A stretch of DNA of 64,000 nucleotides from Candidatus Magasanikiibacteriota bacterium (lineage in GTDB: Bacteria; Patescibacteriota; Patescibacteriia; Magasanikbacterales; GWA2-37-8), in contig DAIOHD010000001.1 in assembly GCA_036744835.1 (NCBI GenBank), positions 611,910 to 675,909 on the forward strand. Direction: 5' to 3'. A program made the translations under genes and the position numbers. The notes under the pieces were generated by a model. The model saw nothing but the letters and a program-made list of their open reading frames with translations. It did no database searches and was not told the origin of the DNA. Shown piece by piece: positions 55,791-64,000 of this stretch (within the stretch, counting starts at the first letter, position 1; the number at the start of each line of letters is the position of its first letter).

Positions 55791-57977
55791 TTAAAATCCA
55801 GATAACCCCTCTAACTTTTTGTAATGCATTGGATCAAGTATCTTAACCAACTGCAAAGCTTCTTGTATCCTTACATTCGCGTTCATTATTATTGATTCAT
55901 CCGTTGATTCTGTATCAGGAAATCCATGAGATCCATGATTTATAAATCTATACATTTCTAAATGATCAGCAGCGAAAGGGGTGGTCCATTTTTCAGTAAT
56001 CTTTTTAGCCTCTGCGTATGCAGATTCAAGAGTTGATTGAAGATCACCCGTTGTTGAAAATTTAAACTCAAGGAATGTTTCTAGCCATCGCCTCAATAAA
56101 TTAACTACTAAATGTGCATCCGCAGCATCGCAAGAATCTTTATGTTTCGCTAGTACATTAAAAACATAGTAATAATCCGATCTGTGATCTCGCAGCAATC
56201 TATTTATTGGTTTTATTGTAGATCCAGTATCTAATGCCTCAATGCTGCAAACATTGATTAACCCATCATCAATTTTTTTACGATAACCTTCTTTAAGGTG
56301 TCCTAGAAAATCTAAATTGTGCGTCAAAATAAAATATTGCCTAGTAGGATGTTTCTTAATTTCATTAACTATAATAGAAAAAATTTGGAATATTGACTGC
56401 TTGTCTAAACTTGAAACAGGATCATCAATAATAACAACTCCGTCATCTGATAGTTTATTCTGTGTATCATTAATAGAATAAATAAAGTACGCCAGTGCTA
56501 TAAAATTCTTTTCGCCCTCACTTAAGCTAGAAAAAACACAGTTAACCCCATCTCTTTTTAGTGCATATCCCTTACCATCATCAGCATCCGTAATTTCTAT
56601 TTTCCTATAAGGAAAAACTACTTTAAAAAGACGATTTAAAGCTTGTGCTGGTTCAAGCGTGTTTTTAACTTTCTGTTTTAATTCCTTAACTTGATTGTCT
56701 AAATTTGAAATCTCAAGTCCTATTGCGACTCTTTGCTTTACAGTATTATCATATGACTCTTTTTCTCGAGTATACTGCTCATATTGCTGGGCTACATAAT
56801 GCGCCTCTATTGAGTAGGCTATAGAAGTGGAGTCAGTCGGTGTTGGCTTAGATAATGGGGTTATTTTTTCTGTATCTAAAGAATATGTTTTCTTGGGAGT
56901 AGATACGGAAGCTCTTTTTTCCTTTAGAATTACAGCTAAAGAATCAAAAATCGATCTCACATGATCGATGTTTTGTTGTTGTATAGTAGAAAGAGAATCT
57001 AGTTTTGCGAAGCTAGTTGTATAACTATCAATATTTTTCAAAAATAAATCTATTGAATCTGTTACCTTAACAATTTCATTAGAAAAGTGTTTTATCAGTT
57101 CGTCGGTATTTTTAATATCAGAATCACAAAACAAACATTTGGTTAATGATTGTTCTTCGTTAAAATGCAAGCTTACACCTTGTTTAATCCAACTAGTTTG
57201 TAGCTCACTAAGATTATCTATTCTTTTTGAATGAACTTGAACAGGTTGTGACTCTAAAATTAGGTTAATGTCTGCAATATTATTTGTAATCCAATTAACT
57301 GCACTAGCTATTTCATTGTCATTTTTTGCTGATCTCTCTGTGTTCATTAATTGATTTTTTAAAGAATCAATATCCGAACGTATTAATTCAGAAGAACTTT
57401 TAATTTTACCGTCAGCAATCTTTTTGTTAATATCAGCTACTCTTTTTTCAAAATCAGTTTTTGAATAACTAGCATAAGTTCCTGCACCAACAAGTTCCTT
57501 TTTAATACTATTGATACCACCAACTTCTTTGATTACTACAGCTGTAGTACTAGCTATATCATCATGTTTTGTTGGGAGAATAATTTTATTATATTCATCC
57601 CTTTTTTCTTTTAATTTTTGTTCTTCGGTGTCGTAGCTTACAGCCTCCTTGCCAGCAAAAAATATATAAGGAATAGTTGAACTCTCTCGTAATGTTTCTT
57701 CAATATAATTCCCATTAAAAACTCTGACATTACCTTTTATTAAATTTAAATCACTATTTTCAGTAATTTGAGAAAGATCCGTTTTAATCTTAAATGTACA
57801 GTTTTTTTCGATTATTCCAGTTTCTAAACATCGCAAAACTTTCGAAAAAGTTGTTTTACCAGATCCATTCCAACCAAATAGAAGATTGATTCCATCAGAA
57901 AAATCACACAACGAAGAGTCCCATGAGTAATTATGGAACCTTGCATGATTGAGTTTTTCAATCTTTTGTATTTTCAT
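55791..57977 (-). CDS. RloC/PrrC-family (AAA_13) ATPase, candidate tRNA anticodon nuclease with Rad50-like CxxC zinc hook
   Basis: Walker A 'LFGWNGSGKTTFS'. A coiled-coil insert contains 'CLFC'. ABC signature 'LSEGEKNFIALAYFIY' then Walker B/D-loop 'VVIIDDPVSSLD'. The ~200-aa C-terminus has 'LRRWLETFLEFKF' and conserved His/Arg, consistent with the PrrC/RloC nuclease domain as I recall it. Confidence 0.6.
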   Translation of the reverse strand: MKIQKIEKLNHARFHNYSWDSSLCDFSDGINLLFGWNGSGKTTFSKVLRCLETGIIEKNCTFKIKTDLSQITENSDLNLIKGNVRVFNGNYIEETLRESSTIPYIFFAGKEAVSYDTEEQKLKEKRDEYNKIILPTKHDDIASTTAVVIKEVGGINSIKKELVGAGTYASYSKTDFEKRVADINKKIADGKIKSSSELIRSDIDSLKNQLMNTERSAKNDNEIASAVNWITNNIADINLILESQPVQVHSKRIDNLSELQTSWIKQGVSLHFNEEQSLTKCLFCDSDIKNTDELIKHFSNEIVKVTDSIDLFLKNIDSYTTSFAKLDSLSTIQQQNIDHVRSIFDSLAVILKEKRASVSTPKKTYSLDTEKITPLSKPTPTDSTSIAYSIEAHYVAQQYEQYTREKESYDNTVKQRVAIGLEISNLDNQVKELKQKVKNTLEPAQALNRLFKVVFPYRKIEITDADDGKGYALKRDGVNCVFSSLSEGEKNFIALAYFIYSINDTQNKLSDDGVVIIDDPVSSLDKQSIFQIFSIIVNEIKKHPTRQYFILTHNLDFLGHLKEGYRKKIDDGLINVCSIEALDTGSTIKPINRLLRDHRSDYYYVFNVLAKHKDSCDAADAHLVVNLLRRWLETFLEFKFSTTGDLQSTLESAYAEAKKITEKWTTPFAADHLEMYRFINHGSHGFPDTESTDESIIMNANVRIQEALQLVKILDPMHYKKLEGLSGF

Positions 57978-58115
57978 ACATAATTAGTTTATCACTTTTT
58001 TGAGTCTCTTAATAGATTAAAAACACGATTTTTATCGTGTTTTTAATATCAATCTATATACTCGGGTCGCACATTCGCCATGAGCGTATGGGTTGACTCC
58101 GATAAAAAATTGTCT

Positions 58116-58211
<96 letters not shown>

Positions 58212-58267
58212 ATTGTGTTTAAATGTTTTAAGATATTACCAAATAAACTATTTTTGGTCAAGTTAAG

Positions 58268-58837
58268 TTACTTTCCAAGCTCTCTCTCCAGTTCCCCTAT
58301 TCCTTTTCTTTTTTCTGCGGAATACGGCACCACTTTATAAGGCTTAAAAAAAATTTGAATTTCTTGAAGTTGTTTTTCAAATTGAGATTTTTTTAACTTA
58401 TCTATTTTATTGGCCACAATAATTACATCTTTATCATGTGCTTCTAATTTATCAAGCATCTCCATATCATCTTTAGTCGGACCAACTTTGGCATCAATTA
58501 TCAAAACTATCTTTTTTTGTTTGCAATTTGAATCAAAAAAATACCAATTAACCATTTTATTTATTTTTTCTCTTATCTCTTTTGGTACTTTAGCAAAACC
58601 ATATCCTGGTAAATCTACCAAATAAAAAGATTTATTTACTAAAAAAACATTTATCTGTTGGGTTCGACCAGGGAAAGAACTAGTCCGAGCCAGATTTTTT
58701 TGATTAGCCACAGCATTAATAACACTAGATTTACCGACGTTAGAACGTCCAATAAACGCAATTTGAGGTTTACCATCTTCCAAAATCGGATCTGTTCCTA
58801 TAATGCTTTTGATAAATTTAACCGAAGAAATATTCAT
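58268..58837 (-). CDS. engB: Ribosome biogenesis GTP-binding protein YihA/EngB
   Basis: G1 'GRSNVGKSS', G3 'DLPGYG', G4 'NKID'. Confidence 0.85.
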   Translation of the reverse strand: MNISSVKFIKSIIGTDPILEDGKPQIAFIGRSNVGKSSVINAVANQKNLARTSSFPGRTQQINVFLVNKSFYLVDLPGYGFAKVPKEIREKINKMVNWYFFDSNCKQKKIVLIIDAKVGPTKDDMEMLDKLEAHDKDVIIVANKIDKLKKSQFEKQLQEIQIFFKPYKVVPYSAEKRKGIGELERELGK

Positions 58838-58849
58838 AAAATTAAAAAT

Positions 58850-59269
58850 TTACTTTCCTAAACAGCTTTGGATTTTGACAATTTCCAGAGCTGTCGGACT
58901 TGAACCGCCAATCAATTCGTTTCCCCTTTCTTTGCCAACTTTTTCATAAAAGCATTCTTGCATTCCCACGGTAATTTCTGTCGGCAATTTACTAACATCT
59001 ACTCCATAATTTTCCAAAGCTTTTTCTTGTTCTTCAGTTAAAAGCGGATTTTTATTAACCACAGGAGCTTTAACTTCATTTTCTGTTTCATTTTTTAAAG
59101 GCTCTTTTTCCAAAGATTCATAATCTTGAATAGAGGAACTGAGATAAGCATTGATAATCCCGCCAATTATTTTTGTTCTCAAATTAAACGGATTAAACAA
59201 AAAAATAATTATTAAAAATAAAAACAACAATAGAATTATAACTATTAAACTTTGGATGATTTTTTTCAT
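58850..59269 (-). CDS. Hypothetical membrane-anchored protein
   Basis: N-terminal TM helix; no motif. Confidence 0.4.
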   Translation of the reverse strand: MKKIIQSLIVIILLLFLFLIIIFLFNPFNLRTKIIGGIINAYLSSSIQDYESLEKEPLKNETENEVKAPVVNKNPLLTEEQEKALENYGVDVSKLPTEITVGMQECFYEKVGKERGNELIGGSSPTALEIVKIQSCLGK

Positions 59270-59388
59270 ATTGCTATATTTACATAAACATTATTAATTT
59301 AACTATACCATTTTAAAAACGACAATGTCAAAAATTGTAAATTGCAATTATAGTTTACTTACATTATAATTACATCGTTTTTAAAAAT

Positions 59389-60360
59389 ATGAATTTTGAT
59401 TATAAAAAAATATTATCATTTTGGAACTTAACATTTTCTGCCACCAAAGAAGAAGTTTCTTTTTATGGTAGTCCGGAAAGGTCTGATTTTCGTGTTGCTG
59501 TCATAGGTAAAACTGATCAGATTTTTGTTTTAGAAAAAATAAATCCAAACTTTGTAAAACATAAGGAAGAAATCGCGCAAAATATTTTTTTACTCCAAAA
59601 AGAAAACCCCAAACTTGAAATTGTTGCTTATCTAAAAAATAAAAATAATTCTTTTGTTACTCTGGTGGAAAATGATTTTTGGTTACTCTCCCCTTTTATA
59701 TCAGGAGTACCGCTAAATCGAAAAAATTATTTGGATGAAAGTTGGCGCGGAGATGCGATGGCCGATTTTATTTTACATTTTAAAAACAAAGCGGATAAAC
59801 TTTTTACCAAACCCAAAAATGTTTTTTCTCTGCCGGAATATGTTGAAAAAATTTGTGCAGATATGGAAAAATTCAACCCAAAAGAAAGAGAGGTTTTGGA
59901 TCCTATTATAAAACATTTACAACAAAACTTTTTCTCTATCTACCCTCAACTACCCACTGCTTTTTGTCATGGTGATTACCATCCTGTAAATATCCTCTGG
60001 GGTGAAAAAGAAATAAAAGGCGTAATAGATTGGGAATTTTGTGGTTTTAAACCCGAAATGTACGATGTTGCCAATATGGTCGGATGCCTCGGAATGGAAC
60101 ACCCTAATACTTTGAGTAAAAAAATAGTTTTGAATTTCTTGCAAAAATTCAAACAAACGCAAATTTTTTCTCCTTTGCATTGGCAACAATTTATCAACAC
60201 GATTATTGCCTTGCGTTTTGCTTGGCTATCTGAATGGTTGCGCAAAAAAGATACGGAAATGATAGAATTAGAAATTGATTATTTATTTCTTCTTTTGGAT
60301 AACAAAGATAATCTAGAAAAAATTTGGGGAATAAAAAAGTCGCCCCTGGGGAGCGACTGA
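59389..60360 (+). CDS. Phosphotransferase-family (APH/CotS-like) kinase
   Basis: 'HGDYHPVNILW' (catalytic loop HGDxxxxN) and 'IDWEFCG' (DxE/DFG-equivalent). Confidence 0.6.
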   Translation: MNFDYKKILSFWNLTFSATKEEVSFYGSPERSDFRVAVIGKTDQIFVLEKINPNFVKHKEEIAQNIFLLQKENPKLEIVAYLKNKNNSFVTLVENDFWLLSPFISGVPLNRKNYLDESWRGDAMADFILHFKNKADKLFTKPKNVFSLPEYVEKICADMEKFNPKEREVLDPIIKHLQQNFFSIYPQLPTAFCHGDYHPVNILWGEKEIKGVIDWEFCGFKPEMYDVANMVGCLGMEHPNTLSKKIVLNFLQKFKQTQIFSPLHWQQFINTIIALRFAWLSEWLRKKDTEMIELEIDYLFLLLDNKDNLEKIWGIKKSPLGSD

Positions 60361-60372
60361 ATTTAAAGAGCT

Positions 60373-60828
60373 TTATTCTTGATAGTATATTTCCGCAGCT
60401 ACCAAGTGGCTGTTTTGATAAACTGATTGAACAGCGACAATATTTAACGATCCAGACATTATACCTTCCACTAAATTTTTAATCTCTTTTTCTCTTTCTG
60501 GAAAATACTTTGTATTGGAAGTCAAAAATTTTATCTTCAATCCACTGTCTTTTTCTGCAGAAACATAGATAACTTCTGCGGAAAAAAGAAAACCGTTTTT
60601 ATAGACGGTTTTGACCGCTATAACTTTTTTCTTGCCCGATACTCCCAATGACAATATCTCCTGTGTTTCCTTTTCCCTTGCTTTGCCCTCGGATTTTTCT
60701 CCACTCAAAAAAACAATCTCTACTTTTTCTCCAATTTCCAGTTCAACAAGTTTAACATGCTGGACAGAATCTCCGTTACACGCTACTAACAAAAATGACA
60801 TCATGATAACAAAAATGAGTTTCTTCAT
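60373..60828 (-). CDS. Lipoprotein with internal duplication
   Basis: Lipobox 'LLVACNG'. Two homologous halves ('VIAVKTVYKNGFLFSAEVIYV' / 'IVAVQSVYQNSHLVAAEIYY'). Confidence 0.45.
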   Translation of the reverse strand: MKKLIFVIMMSFLLVACNGDSVQHVKLVELEIGEKVEIVFLSGEKSEGKAREKETQEILSLGVSGKKKVIAVKTVYKNGFLFSAEVIYVSAEKDSGLKIKFLTSNTKYFPEREKEIKNLVEGIMSGSLNIVAVQSVYQNSHLVAAEIYYQE

Positions 60829-60958
60829 CTGATAGCTCCTCCAAAGGGATGTTTGTTAAAAGGACTTTTTACTTAAACCGGGGCAATCTTAGCAAAAAAC
60901 CAAAAATTTGTCAATGGTCTAAAAAATAAATTTGCTTTATATTAGCCAAAATACAATC

Positions 60959-60987
60959 TTGACAAAAGTGCTAAAATGTGCTATAAT
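60959..60987 (+). promoter_or_regulatory. Consensus sigma70 promoter TTGACA-17-TATAAT
   Basis: Perfect -35 and -10 hexamers with a 17-nt spacer, followed by a strong RBS AAGGAGG (61016-61022) and an ATG at 61028. Confidence 0.6.
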
Positions 60988-61027
60988 ATGCAGTTGTTCA
61001 TTTCAAAAACACCATAAGGAGGATACC

Positions 61028-61408
61028 ATGAAAAAGACTTTTTTAAGCATCGTTTTTATTCTTGTTTTCGCCTATCTTGGCATGGCGTTTTACCATGTAG
61101 AAAAGACAGTTTTTTCTTCCTACGAAGTAAATTCTATCAAGAAAAGACTCGAAAAAACTGACTGGAAAAAACACTGTCATCTAGAAGGGGTAGAGAAGGG
61201 GGAAAAAACCTCCTACGAGTACAATTGCGGAGGACAGCTCGACAGAGGCAAAGAAGAACTAGAAGAAGCAGTAGAAAATTTCACCGCTAAAACTCCCGGG
61301 CTGATAGTTTGGAAAGTTGAAGTCCGGCTCAGTAACCGCAGTTGGAACGATCCGGTGCTCGAACCAATAAAAATCTACGGGTTAGATTTCTACTGGCTTT
61401 TTCAATAA
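61028..61408 (+). CDS. Hypothetical secreted/membrane-anchored protein
   Basis: Start reassigned to the RBS-associated ATG ('MKKTFLSIVFILVFAYLGMAFY' signal/anchor). An intrinsic terminator (GGCCGGAC-TAATTT-GTCCGGCC + T-tract) follows at ~61420-61455. Confidence 0.5.
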   Translation: MKKTFLSIVFILVFAYLGMAFYHVEKTVFSSYEVNSIKKRLEKTDWKKHCHLEGVEKGEKTSYEYNCGGQLDRGKEELEEAVENFTAKTPGLIVWKVEVRLSNRSWNDPVLEPIKIYGLDFYWLFQ

Positions 61409-61419
61409 ACTATTCAACC

Positions 61420-61455
61420 TGACAGGCCGGACTAATTTGTCCGGCCTTTTTTATT
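61420..61455 (+). terminator. Rho-independent terminator
   Basis: ACAGGCCGGAC TAATTT GTCCGGCCTTTTTTATTT. Confidence 0.6.
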
Positions 61456-61526
61456 TAAAAAATATTGAAAAAAAATACAAAACAAAGTATACTTTATTTT
61501 GTACCAAATCTTTTGAATAAACATTT

Positions 61527-63131
61527 ATGTCCAAATTTATCAAAATATTACTTTTGCTTTATAATTTTATTTTTGTTCTTTTTTTAATAACCAATATTTT
61601 TGATTTTGATTTTGGTTGGCATTTACGTTTTGGTAAAGAGTGGCTGGAAAATGGTTTTTTTCCTTATTTAGACAGTTATACTTATCCTCATCTAGGACAA
61701 TTGTGGGTTAATCATGAATGGGGCGGGGATTTACTTTATTGGTTAATGTATAAAAATATAGGATATTACCCTTTAAGTCTGATAACTTCATTGGCAGTTT
61801 TAATAGGATTTATCATTGCCCAAAAAGCTTACAATAAATACGATTTGAGTGCCGCTTTGGTAACCACCTTTCTGATTTGGTCCAACTATCATATTTTTGC
61901 TCCCCGTCTAGCCATGTTTTCCTTGGTTTTTTTCTCTATATTTTTGTACACTCTGCAAAATTTAGAAAGAAAAAAATATTATCAATTTTGGCCTTTACTT
62001 TTTTGGTTATGGTCTTTTCTGCACGGCAGTTTTACTTTGGGATTTATAGTCATCGGTATTTATTTTTCAGGAAATTTATTAAATTGTTTTTTCCAAAAAT
62101 ATTATCCAAAATTATCACTGGGACAATCCTGGAAAAAAACTACTTTTAATAATGTTTTGATCTGGACGGGTCTTTCGTTGATGATGATTTTTCTTAATCC
62201 TTACGGTTGGCATTTACCAAAAGAGACAATTTCTTATTTCTTTTATGATTTTTACAAAACACACGTAACTGAATGGCTATCCAGCAACACCTTTCCGATT
62301 TTTTGGAAAACCGGACTGTTTATCGCCCCAGCTTTGGTAGCTGTATTTTGGCAAATAAAAAAGAAGGTTTTTTCTTGGGCCGAATTTTTATTATTTTTAG
62401 GGTTACTTTATATTTCTTTCAAACATAAACGTCAAGTGATTTATCTGGCTTTATTTTGTCAACCGCTTTTTAGTATTTTTTTATTAAAAATTAAAGAAGA
62501 TTTTTTAAAGGTTCCTCAATGGAAAACTTTTCTGGAAAATAAAAAAATAAAAATTTTGGCTTTTATCGTCGGAACATCTTTGATTTTCTATTCTTCTTAT
62601 CTTTATTTACCACATATAAAACTATACAAAGATGTCTGGCCTCATATAAAAAATATCGGCTATTATATGCCTGTTGATGCTATTGAGTTTCTCAACCAAG
62701 AAATAGGTTTGCAAAAAAAAGTAAAAATTTTTAACGAATTCGGTTGGGGAGCTTACATGAATTGGACATTGCCTCAAGGATTGGTTTTTTTGGACGGACG
62801 AGGAACTGCCACCTGGAAAATACCGGGTTCTGAAATAACAACTTTGGAAACTTATTATAATTGGCGTTATTATAAATCTGAAGGTTTACGAGAAATTGAA
62901 AAGCAAAAGGTGCAATATATTATTTTAGAAAATATGTCTTCTTTTAAGCCTAAAATTAATCGCGTAAACAGTTGGCTTTTCGCCCCAGAACCACTAAAAC
63001 ATGCCACCACATTGGCTCCTGATAAACTGGAAGAAGATTTAAAAATAAATTCAAATTGGCAATTAATCTACACCGACGATAGGGCGAATATATGGAAATT
63101 TCTGCCAATTATTCCGCTCGAAATAAAGTAA
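61527..63131 (+). CDS. Polytopic membrane protein, GT-C-type glycosyltransferase-like (ArnT/PMT/YfhO-like topology)
   Basis: 534 aa with ≥10 predicted TM helices in the N-terminal two-thirds and a soluble C-terminal domain. Assignment is by topology only. Confidence 0.4.
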   Translation: MSKFIKILLLLYNFIFVLFLITNIFDFDFGWHLRFGKEWLENGFFPYLDSYTYPHLGQLWVNHEWGGDLLYWLMYKNIGYYPLSLITSLAVLIGFIIAQKAYNKYDLSAALVTTFLIWSNYHIFAPRLAMFSLVFFSIFLYTLQNLERKKYYQFWPLLFWLWSFLHGSFTLGFIVIGIYFSGNLLNCFFQKYYPKLSLGQSWKKTTFNNVLIWTGLSLMMIFLNPYGWHLPKETISYFFYDFYKTHVTEWLSSNTFPIFWKTGLFIAPALVAVFWQIKKKVFSWAEFLLFLGLLYISFKHKRQVIYLALFCQPLFSIFLLKIKEDFLKVPQWKTFLENKKIKILAFIVGTSLIFYSSYLYLPHIKLYKDVWPHIKNIGYYMPVDAIEFLNQEIGLQKKVKIFNEFGWGAYMNWTLPQGLVFLDGRGTATWKIPGSEITTLETYYNWRYYKSEGLREIEKQKVQYIILENMSSFKPKINRVNSWLFAPEPLKHATTLAPDKLEEDLKINSNWQLIYTDDRANIWKFLPIIPLEIK

Positions 63132-63837
63132 ACGCCCAAACCTCTTTTACACCAGCTTCTTTGCACACTCGTGCCGCTTCTTGCAAGGTAGCACCAGTGG
63201 TAAAAACATCGTCTACTAAAATAATTCGTTCCGGCGGATTATTTTTGATAATAAAAGCGTTTTTTATATTTTGTTTTCTTTCTTCTTTGTTGAGCTTGGC
63301 TTGTTGTTTGGTAGATTTTACTCTACCCAATAAATCAAGAACAATGAACTCTTTTTCCGGAAAATTCTTTTTCGCTTGAGCAATAAAAGCCAAAGCCAAT
63401 TCTCTGGCTTGATTAAAGCCGCGCCAACGCTCTCTTTGGGGATAAAGAGGAATAAAAACAAAATAGTTTTTATCTTGCCATTGTAATTTTAGTTTATAAA
63501 AAACATTACTCTTGGAAATAAATTCTTGCCACAATTTTTCTAAATCTTTAACAAAATTATATTTATAATCATGGAGTAATTCCGACAAAGGAGATGGGTC
63601 ATAAAAAGGCAGTAACGAAACGACTCCGTCAAGAAAAGATTCATTACGACAGCATGCGCATGTTGCCCCGGTTTTGTTTTCTACTTTACAAATTGGGCAT
63701 CGCCAAATACCATTTTGGTCCAAAAAATGACGGTGCTCTTTGCACCACCAAAACCCTTCTTTACCACAATCGATACACTTTTTAGGAAAAAACAATTCAC
63801 GACAAAAATCTATAAATTTAAAAAAAATATCTTTCAT
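63109..63837 (-). CDS. comFC: ComF-family protein (Zn-finger + phosphoribosyltransferase domain)
   Basis: N-terminal 'CIDCG...CKEH...CPIC...CACC' Zn-binding. C-terminal PRTase 'IILVDDVFTTGATLQEAA'. Confidence 0.7.
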   Translation of the reverse strand: MKDIFFKFIDFCRELFFPKKCIDCGKEGFWWCKEHRHFLDQNGIWRCPICKVENKTGATCACCRNESFLDGVVSLLPFYDPSPLSELLHDYKYNFVKDLEKLWQEFISKSNVFYKLKLQWQDKNYFVFIPLYPQRERWRGFNQARELALAFIAQAKKNFPEKEFIVLDLLGRVKSTKQQAKLNKEERKQNIKNAFIIKNNPPERIILVDDVFTTGATLQEAARVCKEAGVKEVWAFTLFRAE

Positions 63838-64000
63838 AATTTTAAAACCCGTCCCAATATTAAACTGGAACGGGTTTCTTATTTTTGTTTTTTATTTCCA
63901 TTTTACATTATCCACCAACCAACTATCGTTTATTTTAAGAAGAAAAATCTCCGCTTCTTGATTATAGTTTTTTATAATACCGTTTTGATTTTCTTCTCTA

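Overview
This is a low-GC, gene-dense bacterial window, almost entirely coding on the minus strand. My inference is a Patescibacteria/CPR-like lineage: the genome is AT-rich, a 16S rRNA is unlinked from any 23S, there are giant cysteine-rich surface proteins, and few genes have a strong Shine-Dalgarno sequence.

Core content:
- Heat-shock and membrane genes: partial grpE, hrcA with a CIRCE-like operator, an SPFH protein, YidC and a cyclophilin lipoprotein.
- tRNA-Ser(GGA), then a tandem-LOG fusion, gatC-gatA, pyruvate kinase and nrdR.
- The ftsZ-ftsA-dgkA-ybeY block.
- A surface-protein cluster: two TSP3-repeat membrane proteins, a 3120-aa protein and a 684-aa paralog that share an N-terminal VirB2/TrbC-pilin-like two-helix membrane domain.
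- Candidate S21, hisS, lepB and rlmD.
- A 16S rRNA followed by tRNA-Ile(GAT) and tRNA-Val(GAC) with no 23S.
- trmD carrying two in-frame copies of a 33-nt AT repeat, a KH protein, rpsP, smc, nrnA and clpP.
- A promoter/terminator-bounded candidate ~227-nt ncRNA, then a VanW-family protein and hsp20.

Accessory content:
- A ~13.7 kb accessory island runs from ~44.47 kb to 58.21 kb. It is bounded by tRNA-Ser(GCT) on one side and a degenerate copy of that tRNA's 3' end on the other.
- Island genes: a Zn-finger protein, a 1282-aa STAND-like P-loop NTPase, a LexA/cI-like S24 repressor with palindromic operators, a ParB-nuclease/DNA-methyltransferase fusion, a thermonuclease, a large serine recombinase and an RloC/PrrC-like anticodon-nuclease candidate.
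- After the island come engB, an APH-like kinase, a GT-C-like membrane protein and comFC.

I saw no CRISPR arrays. All functional calls are made by eye from motifs in the translated ORFs, with no database search.
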